Source: Octopus vulgaris (taxonomy: Eukaryota). Taken from it: DNA of 64,000 bases. Positions 50,244 through 61,965 of the stretch are shown piece by piece. The position numbers and the translations under genes were made by a program. Each line of letters begins with the position of its first letter. Position 1 is the stretch's first letter. The stretch spans positions 106,144,001 to 106,208,000 of the forward strand of contig OX597817.1 in assembly GCA_951406725.2 (NCBI GenBank), read 5' to 3'. A model generated the notes under the pieces. That model ran no database searches and had not been told where the DNA came from. It was given only the letters and a program-made list of their open reading frames with translations.

Positions 50244-50815
50244 TGTCTTATCCCTGGATATATGCATATATGCATATATACAGGGATAAGACATCTGATG
50301 TTGACTGGATATCAACCAACTTCCGTCCTCCCTTCCCCATCTTTCTATTCCTCTCTACTTCTTTTCATAATCACTCTATATAAATCTTCACTTCTCTTCC
50401 TTTCCTGTTCTTTCAATTAGGATGATTGACAGCCTGTCCAATTGGCTGAATTGTCCCTTATTCCTGAACATCTCATTCTATTCTCCTTCATTGATCAAAC
50501 TGTTTTAATTCGACAATTTCTTTAAAATCTTCTTCAATTTTCACCCCTAACATCATTAAAAAAAGATGAGATCAATTTGGACAATGCAGTACCAGATAAA
50601 CAACATGGTTGGCATGGTTGAAACACTTTTGATCATACATCTGCATGAAATAGACTGACTCAGAGACTACAAATACAACATCCACTTTATTACTTTCTCA
50701 TTTCAGCAATTCTTGTTTCATGCCAAGAAAAATCCATTCATTATATGATGGATAAATCTGTTCTGTCAACTTTATGTTCTTATTTCTTCTTATCGTCTTC
50801 CTGCTCCTTCTCTTC

Positions 50816-50938
50816 CTTCTTCTTCTTCTTCTTCTTCTTCTTCTTCTTCTTCTTCTTCTTCTTCTTCTTCTTCTTCTTCTTCTTCTTCTTCTTCTTCTTC
50901 TTCTTCTTCTTCTTCTTCTTCTCCTTCTTCTTCTTCTT
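50816..50938. repeat. (TTC)n microsatellite
   Basis: Direct reading; gives poly-R/F/L ORFs. Confidence 0.95.
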
Positions 50939-52117
50939 TCTTCCACTTGTGTGATCCAGTTTTCATTTCTTTGAATTTCTTTGGTTAACTTATTCCTTTT
51001 TATTTTCCTTCATCTTTCTTTTATGGTATAAATGCAAATATTAAGTATTAGATATTTTATCTTGTAAAAGGCATTAGCAGGAATATCTCAAACCTATTCT
51101 CCAATAAGGATGTCTTTGATGTAGTGGGTCTCTACTACAATGAAGCTTTGGCTGCCAGCAACTTTTAGGACCATATCACTTACATGCCCAGCCCTAGTAT
51201 CTACAAGAAAAGACACCTCTGCAAAGTCATCTAGTTTTTCCCTACCTTTTCTCACTTACCTTGAAAACCTGCATATGTAGGGCATTAGTAGCTTAGCAAG
51301 ATGAGCATTTTATGCATGACCATAGATATAGGAAAATTTTCAATTGACATAGCTTAAGGGTCTCATTCAGTTACATGCCTATCATGAAGAAAATTTTAGT
51401 TAATAACCCCCAAAACACAGACAGGCAGAATGCTCATGTAAGAATTACAGTATGTGCCCACTAAATGGTGCACTACCTCTGTCTATAGGGCACTTCACCC
51501 TAGGGAACAATACATTCACAAGCAACATACTTCCATTTATAGTTACTGCTACATCCTACATCACCTCTGGTCCAAACCATCAACGGGGTTTCCAACCCCT
51601 CCAGATTTTTGCTTTCTTCACCTGCCTCATCAAATGCCCCTGCCCCCACATACACATGTAATCAATGGGTTTTTGCATATATATAGACACACACACATAC
51701 ACACATGTATATGTGTCTGTATATGTAAATGTATGCGTGTGTGTGTATTTACACATACAAGATTTATTCCTTTAATACCTATGATATTTATCCTTCGTTG
51801 CAATTAATAACATTAATTTTGGTTCCTTTTCCTTTACTATTCTTATTGTTGTTATTTTATCTTTGTTTTTATCACACAGCAGTTTAAGCTCATCCTCACC
51901 CTCCATTTTACAAACCCAGGGAAATAACTCTTCCCGACTTTTTTTTTATTCAACTAAATTATCCTTCTTCATTTTTGTCACCACCAATTGTGTATGTACC
52001 TCCAGGGCTAACGAGACTGTGTGCTTCTAGTCACCATGTCTGAAAAGACATCAATATTTCAAGTGAAACCAATGGTAACATCTTAACCTGTTATATGTCA
52101 TAACCCATAATATATAT

Positions 52118-52560
52118 AAGGTGGTGAGCTGGCAGAACTGTCAGCATACCAGGCAAATTGCTTAGTGGCATTTCATCTGTCTTCACGTTCTGAGTTTAAA
52201 TTCCACTGAGGTCGACTTTGCCTCTCATCCTTTCAGGATCGATAAAATAAGTACCAGCTGAGCACTGGCGTCAATGTAATTGACTTATTTCTCCTGCCAA
52301 ATTTCTGGCCTTCAAGTGGTTGGCATTTGGAAGGGCATCCAGCTGTAAAAATCATGCTAAAACTAACTTCAACTGTGCTAGTATCACTTAAAAAGCACTG
52401 AGTCCACTCTGCAAACTGGTTGGTGTTAGAAAGGGCACCCAACCCTGCCAAAACAGATGCAGTAGCCTAGGGTGGTTTTCTATCTAGTTGGTTCCTGTCA
52501 GCCATCCTACCCATGCATGCATGGAAGACAGACGTTTGATGATGGTGGTGGTGATGATGA
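52118..52560 (+). mobile_element. SINE B followed by duplicated RTE-like 3' tail
   Basis: B head/core 52118-52290; TGGTTGG..GAAGGGCA.CCA twice; CCCATGCATGCATGGAAGACAGACG..(GAT)n end. Confidence 0.7.
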
Positions 52561-52827
52561 TATATCTCTTTCGTCTTTCACTTGTTTCAGTGACTAATAT
52601 TGATTTTTACTTCATTATATAAATTTTTCTAGTTAGAACTAATACTGTATTTTTGTCATAACATTTTTTTTTTCTTTTTGATGTTCCCTGCTTTAAATAT
52701 CATTTACTTGTTTCAGTCATTAGACTGCAACCATGCTGGTGCACCACTTTGAAGTACTTTTAGTCAAATAAATTAACCATCTATTTTTCTGAAAGTTATG
52801 AGGAAACAAAACAGTGCACACTTATGT

Positions 52828-53947
52828 TAGTTAGTTAGTTAGTTAATTTGGCTCAAAAGCAAATAGCAAGGCCATGTAGGGGGACATGGAGTTAAGTACA
52901 GGGTGGTGTTCATGTAAAGAGTTCAGGCCACTTGAGGTCCAGGGAGGCTTTGAACAAAGCGGTCGTCGGCATCTTCACCATCTCGTCTGGCAGCTTGTTC
53001 CACGGATCCGCAACCCGGACGGAGAAAGCTCCTCTCCTTCGATTGAGATGAAATCGTCGCAGGTAGAGCTTTTCGGAATGACCCCGCAGCCGACGCTCCG
53101 GAGCAGGAGTGAAGAACAGCTCTTTCGAGAGGTTACACTTCCCGCTTATGATGTTGTGGGCGAGAATGAGATCACCACGGCGGCGGCGTTTTTCAAGAGA
53201 ATAAAGGTCGAGCGTCCTCAGCCTTTCTTCGTAGGACAAATTTTTGAGACCATGAACCATGCGGGTAGCCAGCCTCTGGACTCTTTCGAGATGCTGTATG
53301 TCTTTGAGGAGATAAGGAGAAGAGGCTTGAATCCCATACTCCAATATGGGTCTCACCAGCGTGACATAGAGTGGCAGGAATATGGCTGCTGTGAGCATTC
53401 CGAATGACCGTCGAATCAAAAACAGAATTCCGCGCGCTTTGTTGGCAGCATGGACGCACTGGGCCGAAGGTGAAAAGGAGGAATCCACCAAGATACCCAG
53501 GTCCTTTACCTGATCGGTCCTCTCCAGCAGCAGACGACCCGGCTCGAAATCAAGTTGAGTTGCAGGAGTAGAGCCGACAGGCAGATGACAGCACTTTGAC
53601 ACGTTCAGACACAGGTCCCAATCGTTAGACCACTTCCAAATTTGGTGGAGGCATCGACGAAGATCCTCTATACTACTGCGAGGAGCGACCAGTTTGATAT
53701 CGTTGGCAAATAGAAGGGTGTGTTGCGTGAGGTCGTCGGGCAAGTCATTTATGAAGACTAAGAACAACAAGGGCCCAAGCACTGAACCTTGAGGCACGCC
53801 ACTGCTCGCACTGGAGACGTCGGACCGCGAACCATTAACTTGAACTTGGAAGGAGCGATCTGAGAGGAAGGCACCAACCCATCGTACAATATCCGGATGG
53901 AAACTATATGCTTGAAGCTTGACAAGTAGTAGGCGGTGGTTTACCGA
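52828..53947 (-). mobile_element. Young 5'-truncated CR1-clade LINE with (TAAC)n tail
   Basis: Uninterrupted RT C-half: SGVPQGSVLGPLLFLVFINDL, FANDIKL, LERVQRLATRMV..LSYEERL..LYSLEKRRRRGDLI..RGHSEKL..WNKLP; stop at 52910; CpG-rich. Confidence 0.92.
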
Positions 53948-54007
53948 GTTGGTGTGCCAATTATTCTTAGATGACATGTGTTTGGAAGAATATTTAAGTA
54001 AGTGTAA

Positions 54008-54320
54008 GTGACTGTATGGTAAGAAGCTTGCTTCCCAACCACATGGTTCCAGGTTCAGTCCTACTACATGGTATCTTAGGTAAGTGTCTTCTAATATAGT
54101 CTCCAGCTGACCAAAGCCTCGTGAGTGGATTTGGTACAGAAACTGAAAGAAGCCTGTCATATATTTATATACACATCTACATGCATGTGTCTTAGTGTCT
54201 GTGTTTGTCTCCCCCCCCCCCCCTCCCTGACTGACAACTGGTATTGGTGTGTGTTTGTCCCTGCAACTTTGCAGTTCAGCAAAAGAACCTAATAAAATAA
54301 GTAGTAGGCTTAAAAATAAA
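54008..54320 (+). mobile_element. SINE family A lacking its tail (tail lies inverted at 52703-52783)
   Basis: Ends at AGGCTTAAAAATAAATG; RC of 52703-52783 is the missing GACTAAA..CCAGCATGG..GAAACAAGTAAA. Confidence 0.8.
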
Positions 54321-54322
54321 TG

Positions 54323-54913
54323 TTCTACAAATACCTTTCAGATGGTGTAGATTCCAATTATAAATTATATCAAAATTTAATGTGAAAAACAAACAAGTCT
54401 GGTGAATGTGTGCACATACAAACTGACACACATCACATATGTGTGCACCTTTCAATTTTCTTTCTTTACATTAAATTCCAATATAATTGTAACCTACACA
54501 ATCTGAAGTATATCAGAATTTGTTGTGTAAAACATTTTCAGGGGATGGGTCGGTGAAGAAGAGTTTCAAATAATTTACACAAGCAGACTTTGTTTCCTCA
54601 TAACTTTCTGAAAATAGGTATTTTTTAATGATATTTTCTACAATTACCTTTCAGATTGTGTAAGTTACAATTATATTGGAATTTAATGTAAAGAAAGAAA
54701 ATTGAAAGGTGCACACATATGTGATGTGTGTCAGTTTGTATGTGCGCACATTCACCAGATTTTTTCACATTAAATTTTGATATAATTTATAATTGGAATC
54801 TACACCATCTGAAAGGTATTTGTAGAAAATTTCATTAAAAGACAACTGATTTTCTGAAAGTTATGAGGAAACAAATTCGATGGGGGCAGGGGCACATTTA
54901 TGTAGGTATGCCA
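54323..54913. mobile_element. Foldback/MITE-like element with ~180-bp inverted arms
   Basis: 54323-54507 vs RC of 54650-54827 near-identical; module TTTCTGAAAGTTATGAGG; end GCACATTTATGTAGGTATGCCAA. Confidence 0.75.
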
Positions 54914-55203
54914 AATAATTTGTTATGAAATAAAAGTGTCAGTAACAATTATGTCGGTTGTAACGAAGCGGCATGAAGGAAATTAAGATGATAATATTTT
55001 TGTTCTATAAACAATTTTCACAGAAATAAAATTCTCAAATTTCTAATTTTATTCACCAGTGATGAACTGAAAACGAACAAACTCGTGTCCGATATTTAAA
55101 TACTATATCGAAACGAATTAGTTAATCCGAAAGAGTTGTTTCCCTTACGTTTAAATCCGTTTGTCTGTGGTAAGACTTTTTTATAAGTTCGAATATCAAG
55201 GAA

Positions 55204-55628
55204 ATCATCATCATCATCATCATTTTAACAGCCATTTTTCCATGCACACATGATTCGGGCGGAATTTGTCGAGGAACATTTTCTACAGCCCTCCCTGTCA
55301 CCTGCCCTAACCTATTTCCAAGCAAGGTAATATTTCTTCATGACCAAACGTTTCCATGGAGTATTGGAAATGAAGGACACTGCTTGCATGACGGTGGCGC
55401 TTGTTTGCAACTATGACGCAATGTGAAGGCAAAGAGACAGTTACACGCACGCGCACACACACACATACACAAAGGACGTCTTTCTGTTTCCACCTACCAA
55501 ATCCCTCACAAGTCTTTTGTAGGCCCAGGGCTATAGTAGGAGACACTTACCTAAGGGGCCATACAATGGAACTGAACTCGGATCCATGTGGTTGAGAAGC
55601 AAATTCCTTACCTCAAAGCCATGCCTGT
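55204..55628 (-). mobile_element. SINE A2
   Basis: Family A head 55470-55628, (CA)n, A2 body, RTE-like (TGA)n tail. Confidence 0.75.
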
Positions 55629-56864
55629 ACTATAATAACATGACACATGGAACTGATTTAAGGAGATAATTCTATCCAGTACTTTTCTTATTGAAAAATC
55701 AGTTGTTACTTTAAATTTGAGAAATTGTTATTGTCATTGCTGTTGTTGTTTAACGTCAAGTCATTCCTGCTCAAGCAGATATATGGTGAAAGGTATTCCA
55801 GCTCTGAATTTCCAATCATTTTTGCAGGTTGCTATTTCTAGCAGATCTAGTGTCCATGTAGAGGCTTTCTCACTGACAAAAAAGTAATGTGTAAAGATGA
55901 AAATTATATAAAAATACATCTCGCCATTTATTGCCTGAGTTAGATGGTAGAAAAATAGGGTTTTTTGAATAAATAGGTACAGACACTAATTCTTTATGAT
56001 GTCACTTGGAAGCAGATGGGACTGAAACTTGAGAGATCTGTTGGAGTCTGGATTCACTTCCCTATTGCATTCTTTTGTTAAATTCGAGAATTACCTCCCC
56101 TGTCATTCTTCAAATTTAATCATTAAGGCAAGACTAACCCCTCAGACGTAGGAAAACACCCCTAAATTAAAGATACTCTCACTCAGTGGGAATAAATCCT
56201 AGGCAAACCAAATATGGCATACATCAAGAACAATGTTGGCTCCATCAAAAAATATAATATTAAATTTCCACATCTATTCATAACCTAATTATAAATTCAA
56301 AATGACCAACAAGACAAGCACACCCTTATTTTAAGTCAATTTTTCTACCAAACTATCAAAGATAATATGCTCTAATTTGAAATGCCAACAGACTGGGGTA
56401 CAGACTAGATGCCGAATCAAAGACATTGATGAAGTTGGCCTAGATTTCGTTCAGGGGTCACTCATAGCTATATGCAGCAGTTCAAGAGTTTTTGACCCCT
56501 GCGTAGTAGCATTCAAGTATCTCTGGAAGATGAACAAATAAAATTTCAGCCCATTACATCAATTATTCTCAGAGATATTGTGACCTAAATATTGCTACTA
56601 ATAGAAATGTCATTTTGAAAAAAAAACACCAAAAAACGCTGGAAATGGTTGATTTTACAACAATACCCAACTACACAAGGATAATATCCACATTTTAATT
56701 AAATATTTGCAGTTCTGCAACAATAACACCCCTACATAAGTTGTGAAGAGAACGTAAATATTTTTACAAATACATATTATTTAAATTCATTTAAAAGTTA
56801 GAGTTGCGTCCCTTGTTTTAAATAGGTAACAATTTAATACAGATACCTTTGACTGGTTATTCTA

Positions 56865-58134
56865 CGAGGGGCGTTCAATAAGTAATGCCCCTGACCCACT
56901 TCCCATAGCAGTAGAGCAACGAAACTTGGCACAGTTATTAGTCTTTTCCTACATAGGAACTACCCAGAGTTATTCATTTCTCCCATCGTTTGATACAGCT
57001 CTGGAGACCGTTTTTGTAGAAGACCCCAGCTTGGTCCTCCAACCACGACGTGACTTCAGAAATCAAGGCTGCATCATCTGGGAAACGCTTTCCTTTCAAA
57101 ATCAACTTCATGGCTGGGAAGAGGTGAAAATCAGAGGGTGCAAGGGGAGGAGTTCATAGCTGCACGCCTGTGCTTCTGATCTGGCGACACGCGAGTTGTG
57201 GACCGGAGCGTTGTCCTGCAGGAGGAGGAGGCCTTTGCTGATCTTGCCCCGCCTCTTGATTTTGATAGCTTCTCTTAATTTCCTCAAAAGTGAAGCATAA
57301 TAGGCTCCTGTAATTGTGGTACCCTTTGCCAGGAAATCTGTCATCACTACTCCGTCCTGGTCCCAGAAGACTGTGAGCATAACCTTGTCAGCGGAGGGCT
57401 GCACCCTTGCCTTCTTTGGAGGAGGTGAGTCACGGTGCTTTCACTGCATTGACTGGGCTTTGGTCTCTGGATCATAGTGATGGACCCAGGTTTTATCTTG
57501 TGTGATCAGTCTTTTGAAAAATTTTGACTCATCTTCTTGGCACATCTCCAAATTCATCCTCGAGCACTCGACACGTTCTTGCTTCTGGAAAGGTGTGAGC
57601 AACCTGGAAATCCATCTGGCAGACACCTTTTGCCTATGCAAATGGTCATGAGTGATAGTTTCCACAGACCCGGTACTAATCTTGACCTTATGGGCTATTT
57701 GGCGAATAGTTATGTGTTGACCTTCCAAAATGGCAGCCTCAACTTGACGGACAGACGTCTCATCAACGGCAGAAGGGGGCGACCAGATCTGGGAGCTGTT
57801 TCCACAGAGTTCCGACTATGTTTGAATTCACAATGCCAGCGTTTTACAAGGTCATATGATGGGGCATCATCACCGTAAGTTACTTTCATTTCATCAAAAG
57901 TCTCCCGTGGTGTGCGTCCTTTCAAATGCAAAAACCAGATCACTGCTCGACACTCAACACGCTCCATTTCACACTTGACTCAGTTCAAACACCTGTAAAT
58001 CAGAAAGCACAATTATTTCAGAGCTGTAATTCGCCACTTAATCTATAGAGGTATAAATAAGTGCATATGCAAAATTTCAGCTAGATCAAACAACTGCAAG
58101 TGGGTCAGGGGCATTACTTATTGAACGCCCCTCG
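56865..58134 (-). mobile_element. Near full-length mariner transposon (1270 bp), transposase frameshifted
   Basis: Perfect 37-bp TIRs CGAGGGGCGTTCAATAAGTAATGCCCCTGACCCACTT, TA TSD; MERVECRAVIWFL.., KVSARWISRLL, LITQDKTWVHHY, KVMLTVFWD, LLQDNAPVH. Confidence 0.95.
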
Positions 58135-58147
58135 TATATACTACAAT

Positions 58148-58280
58148 TAGGCAGAATGGTTAGCACGCTGGACGAAATAGTTAGCGATATTTCGCCCGTA
58201 TTCACGTTCTGAGTTCAAATTCCGCCGAGCTCGACGTTGCCTTTCATCCTAACGGAGCCGATAAAAAGATTACCGGGGCA
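58148..58280 (+). mobile_element. SINE family B (short)
   Basis: GGCAGAATGGTTAGCACGCTGGACGAAA..GAGTTCAAATTCCGCCGAG..GCCTTTCATCC. Confidence 0.8.
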
Positions 58281-58854
58281 ATGTAATTTGAAACCATTGT
58301 ATATGCTACAATTAGTACCCAAATCTCTTTAATATTTTACTCTACAGTCTACAAAATGGATTGATATATTGGTTAAACTAATCCTGCACTTAACACACAT
58401 ATGATAAAAAGATGGAGCACTCACAACTTGAATACCAATCAAGCACAGAAATATACTATTATAAAATGGATATAATGGTATGATTCTAATAATGGTCATA
58501 TTTCTAGACATTTAAGATACAAATATATTTGTGATGACATTGTTACTTTAAAAGCTTTTGTGTGTGTGTGTGTCTTTCCAATTTTATATATTTCTCACTT
58601 TATATCTCTGTTTATGGAAGAAATTTACATTGGACAATATCTAAGAGAAACACTCATTCAATAGCCATCCCTGTTAGCTTTATAATCCTCAGGTTCATGC
58701 CTACATAATATAAAAATGGTAATTTTTTTTTCTTTGCACTGTTCAGTAGCTTTCATTAGCCACAGCCATCTCTTTTTCAATTCAACCTCATTATGTTGTA
58801 CAGTTGTCAAAAGCAACATGATATACAGCATTGTCGTCTTGCTTTTGATCATGC

Positions 58855-59030
58855 ATTATCATCACCATTCAACATCTGTTTTCTATGCTGGCATGGGCTG
58901 CATGGTTTGACAGGAGATGATGAAACAGAAAACTGCCCCAGCTCTACTGCTTTTGCATAGTTTCTATGGCTGGCTGCCCTTCTTAATGCAAACCACATTT
59001 CAGAGTGTACTGTATGCTTTTTACATGGTA
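58855..59030 (-). mobile_element. RTE 3' tail fragment
   Basis: CTATGCTGGCATGGG..GTTTCTATGGCTGG.TGCCCTTCTTAATGC..ACCAC matches 23810-23950. Confidence 0.65.
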
Positions 59031-59959
59031 AAACTTGGCAAGTATATGCAAGAAAGGCTTATTTTCTTTAATATTCTGAATAAGTCCATTTATTGTGCAG
59101 TTGTGTTGTTGAACCATGTTAAAATCTCTATGACATAAACACAAGGAGACTTAAGATCTTATTACTTCCATTTCATTTATGAAGAAACTAAGCAGATGAC
59201 ATAATCTGCCTTTGATAGAGTGTCAATCTGTTGTTGGTAATATTCTCAGTAGATTTGCTACTTATCCTCAACATAGATTGAATAAATAACATAGAATAAT
59301 GTTTTCTCATCAGAGATATAACAAAATTCCGAAAGGGAATCTAAACTCAATGTGTAAGCTTTAGTAGCTTACCAATATCACAATCTCACAATTACACTGC
59401 TCTCCTTTCTCCCCTTATACTACAATTGCTTCTATTCTTCTGAGTTAGCATGTTGCACACCACCTGCTCCCAACCTATTTCATATACTCATCTCTTCCTT
59501 TTTTCAGCCCCAAACACTGCACTAAAAATTTTCGCAATCATTCTTCGCCATAATGCAATTTCAGTCTCCTGGAATTCCCATCCTGCTTCTATTGTTGTTC
59601 TTTAGCCCCTGGTCAAATCTGATTGAGCAAACACATGATGAAACACATTCAAATTGTGACAATCACCTCTATCGTCTCACTAGCATAGCTAGAGGCGGTT
59701 GCAAAGGAGTTGTCCACCCCAAGCAGCACTTTTATGAGAGCAGCATCACTTTTGGGTCTGCTATAGGCAATATGTATATTTTGTAGGGGCCTGGGGACAA
59801 ACTCTAGCTATGCTGGTGCATTATCTAATATCTCCTTCCTTTTTAAGATGGTAAAATGTGATTTGAGAAATATCTGACTTCTAGCACATCAAATGACTAT
59901 GTATAGCAGGCACAGGCAATGAGTTTTTCCTTTTTCTTCTTTTTTTTTTTGAGAAGCAG

Positions 59960-60430
59960 ACCACATAATACATGGCATCATAAAAATCATCTTTGCATGT
60001 TATGCCTGATGGTATTACCACATCCTGAGCATCATTACCAATGTAGTAAAACACCTTGTCACATACTTTTGTTTTCCACAAGACAGGGGGCAAAAAGGAC
60101 AAAGCAGGAACATACATATAAGAAAACCAATGCCCAGAGTTTTGTAGGATGTGTGTGAAAGGAGCATTTGTATTCATATACCATATTGTAATATCAAAGT
60201 AATGCTTTAACGTTATGACATTACATGACTTGACAAAATAAAGCTTGATTGTTGAGTTGATGGTGCCTTATAAAAGCAATATAGAATGGATACATAAAAG
60301 GATCGGCAAAAAGTATGGGGAACTTAGAGAATTATTTGAGACCAGAAGATGAGATGACAGTGTCTGTTGTTTCTACTATAGATGTTATGTCATGGGTTTC
60401 TAACTAGAGCCATGATGTTTTACTTGGTTG
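59960..60430 (+). mobile_element. Fossil of RLE-type non-LTR retrotransposon C-terminus (HERO/NeSL-like)
   Basis: CMLC..EH knuckle-like remnant, then LIVELMVPYKSNIEWIHKRIGKKYGEL, resembling the ELTVPWEE.IE.AHERK..KY.EL endonuclease motif. Confidence 0.55.
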
Positions 60431-60464
60431 GTATTGAATTTAAGAAGAACATTATTAACCGTGA

Positions 60465-60805
60465 TCCATTTTCTCAAAACTCCTCTTCCCACCCAATCAG
60501 AAAAAATTTCTCCACAAATTTCTTTATAATCGTTATCTATGCTGTTTGAAAGGTATTTGTATAGAATGTCATTTAAAGAAATTCGTTTTTCTGAAAGTTA
60601 TGAGGGGGAAAAGTTGGACCATGTGAATTTTCCAAAACTCCTCTCACCATCCTTTCGGAAAAATTCTTTCTCATAAACCCCTATATGTTCTGAATCCACA
60701 GCATCTAAGCGCTCTTTGTTGAAAATTTTGTTAAAATGTATCAATTTTTCTGAAAGTCATGAGGTCACAAAATTAGTGGGGTACACATCTGTATTTATGC
60801 CAACA
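60465..60805. mobile_element. Second member of the foldback/MITE family seen at 54323-54913
   Basis: TGAAAGGTATTTGTA..TTTTCTGAAAGTTATGAG (twice) and terminal TATGCCAA. Confidence 0.6.
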
Positions 60806-61076
60806 AAACTATCCAGGCGTTCACAGGAAGGGCAATAACTCCAGGTTTTACTGCTTAAATTTGTGGAAACAAACCCCCAAAGCCCGCGTATCTCAGCACT
60901 TTGTGGTCCGATTTACGTGAAATTTGTTTTATTCCGTTTGTATTCGCATTTCAGGACTACTTTACTTTCAGAATATTTTCCCATTATGTGCTGATTTGGC
61001 TGTATTAAATTACAGACATGATCTCAAGCAAACAATAACACAATTTTAGTAGACAGACAGACAGATAGATAGCGAA

Positions 61077-61138
61077 TCAGTGATTTGTGGAAGAGAGAGA
61101 AACAGAAACTGCTTCTTAATGGATTGGCTGAGGTATGT
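61077..61138 (+). promoter_or_regulatory. Candidate TSS and short first exon (TCAGT initiator-like; ATG 61119, MDWL; GAG|GTATGT donor)
   Basis: TCAGT at 61077-61081, phase-2 donor after 61132, surrounding CpG-retaining unique DNA. Confidence 0.3.
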
Positions 61139-61837
61139 GAGAGAAAGACCAAAGAAATGAGCAAATAACAAATGCCCAGCAAGTAGTAAAAGGGAAAAAA
61201 CGTAAAAAGTTGCTGCAGCTATATCTTGGTAGTTATCAAGGTTGTTTGAGAGAGCAATACTGGGGAGAGAGAGAGAGAGATGAAGTTATTTTATTTTTGA
61301 TATTATGCCGTTATATATAAACATTACCCAGCGTATCAGTGTTATCCTCCGTGACATATAATTGAAGGAGAACTTACAGTGGTGACACCGTTTCGATTGC
61401 CAATATGGCGTTTAATATTCAAATACTGTGTCCAAATGGAAGAAGACAAAATATTAAGACAAACTTCAACACCACTTTACTTCAGGTTGAGTCATGTATT
61501 GTATTGCTATTTTGCGTCTGATTATTTCTGTTCACGTTTACTTCACCGGAATATAGCATAAGGCAGACGAGTTATTGTAATTATTCGCCCAGTCATTGTT
61601 TGAGTTGCATAATAGTGGTTTTATCTCTAATTTATATTTTATATATATATATATATGTTATATGTTTTCGACTTCTAGCTTGTGATACAGTTGTCACAAC
61701 CAGAACCTCAGCATGTTTTCATATATGAAAATAATATATTATAAAAGAAGCAAGAATTGTTATGAACCTCCACATGTTTTACTTCATTACTCTCGTAGCA
61801 AAATAACACTAACAGTTCCTTTTTAATATAAACCTTC

Positions 61838-61965
61838 CTTCCGCCGAGGTTGACTTTGCCTTTCCACCTTTCGGGGTCGATAAATTAAGTACCAGTTGCG
61901 TATTGGAATCGATCTAATCGACTGCACCCCCCCCCCAAAAAAAATTTCGGGTCTTGTGCGTAGAA
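61838..61965 (+). mobile_element. SINE family B 3' half
   Basis: TTCCGCCGAGGTTGACTTTGCCTTTCCACCTTTCGGGGTCGATAAATTAAGTACCAG. Confidence 0.85.

Noticed and set aside
50698-50974. Poly-R, poly-F and poly-L ORFs
   Set aside because: (TTC)n microsatellite.
52886-53407. 173-aa + strand ORF
   Set aside because: Antisense shadow of the GC-rich CR1 RT frame.
53948-54160. N-terminal ~70 aa of the 416-aa ORF as a real fusion protein
   Set aside because: Derived from antisense SINE A and flank by chance read-through; the RT is 5'-truncated and its catalytic motif reads FAND.
55900-56860. Probable DNA-transposon-derived sequence
   Set aside because: No matching TIR pair or coding motif could be established.
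58658-58852. 64-aa minus-strand ORF as a host exon
   Set aside because: No recognisable domain or convincing splice pair; it starts at a repeat edge.
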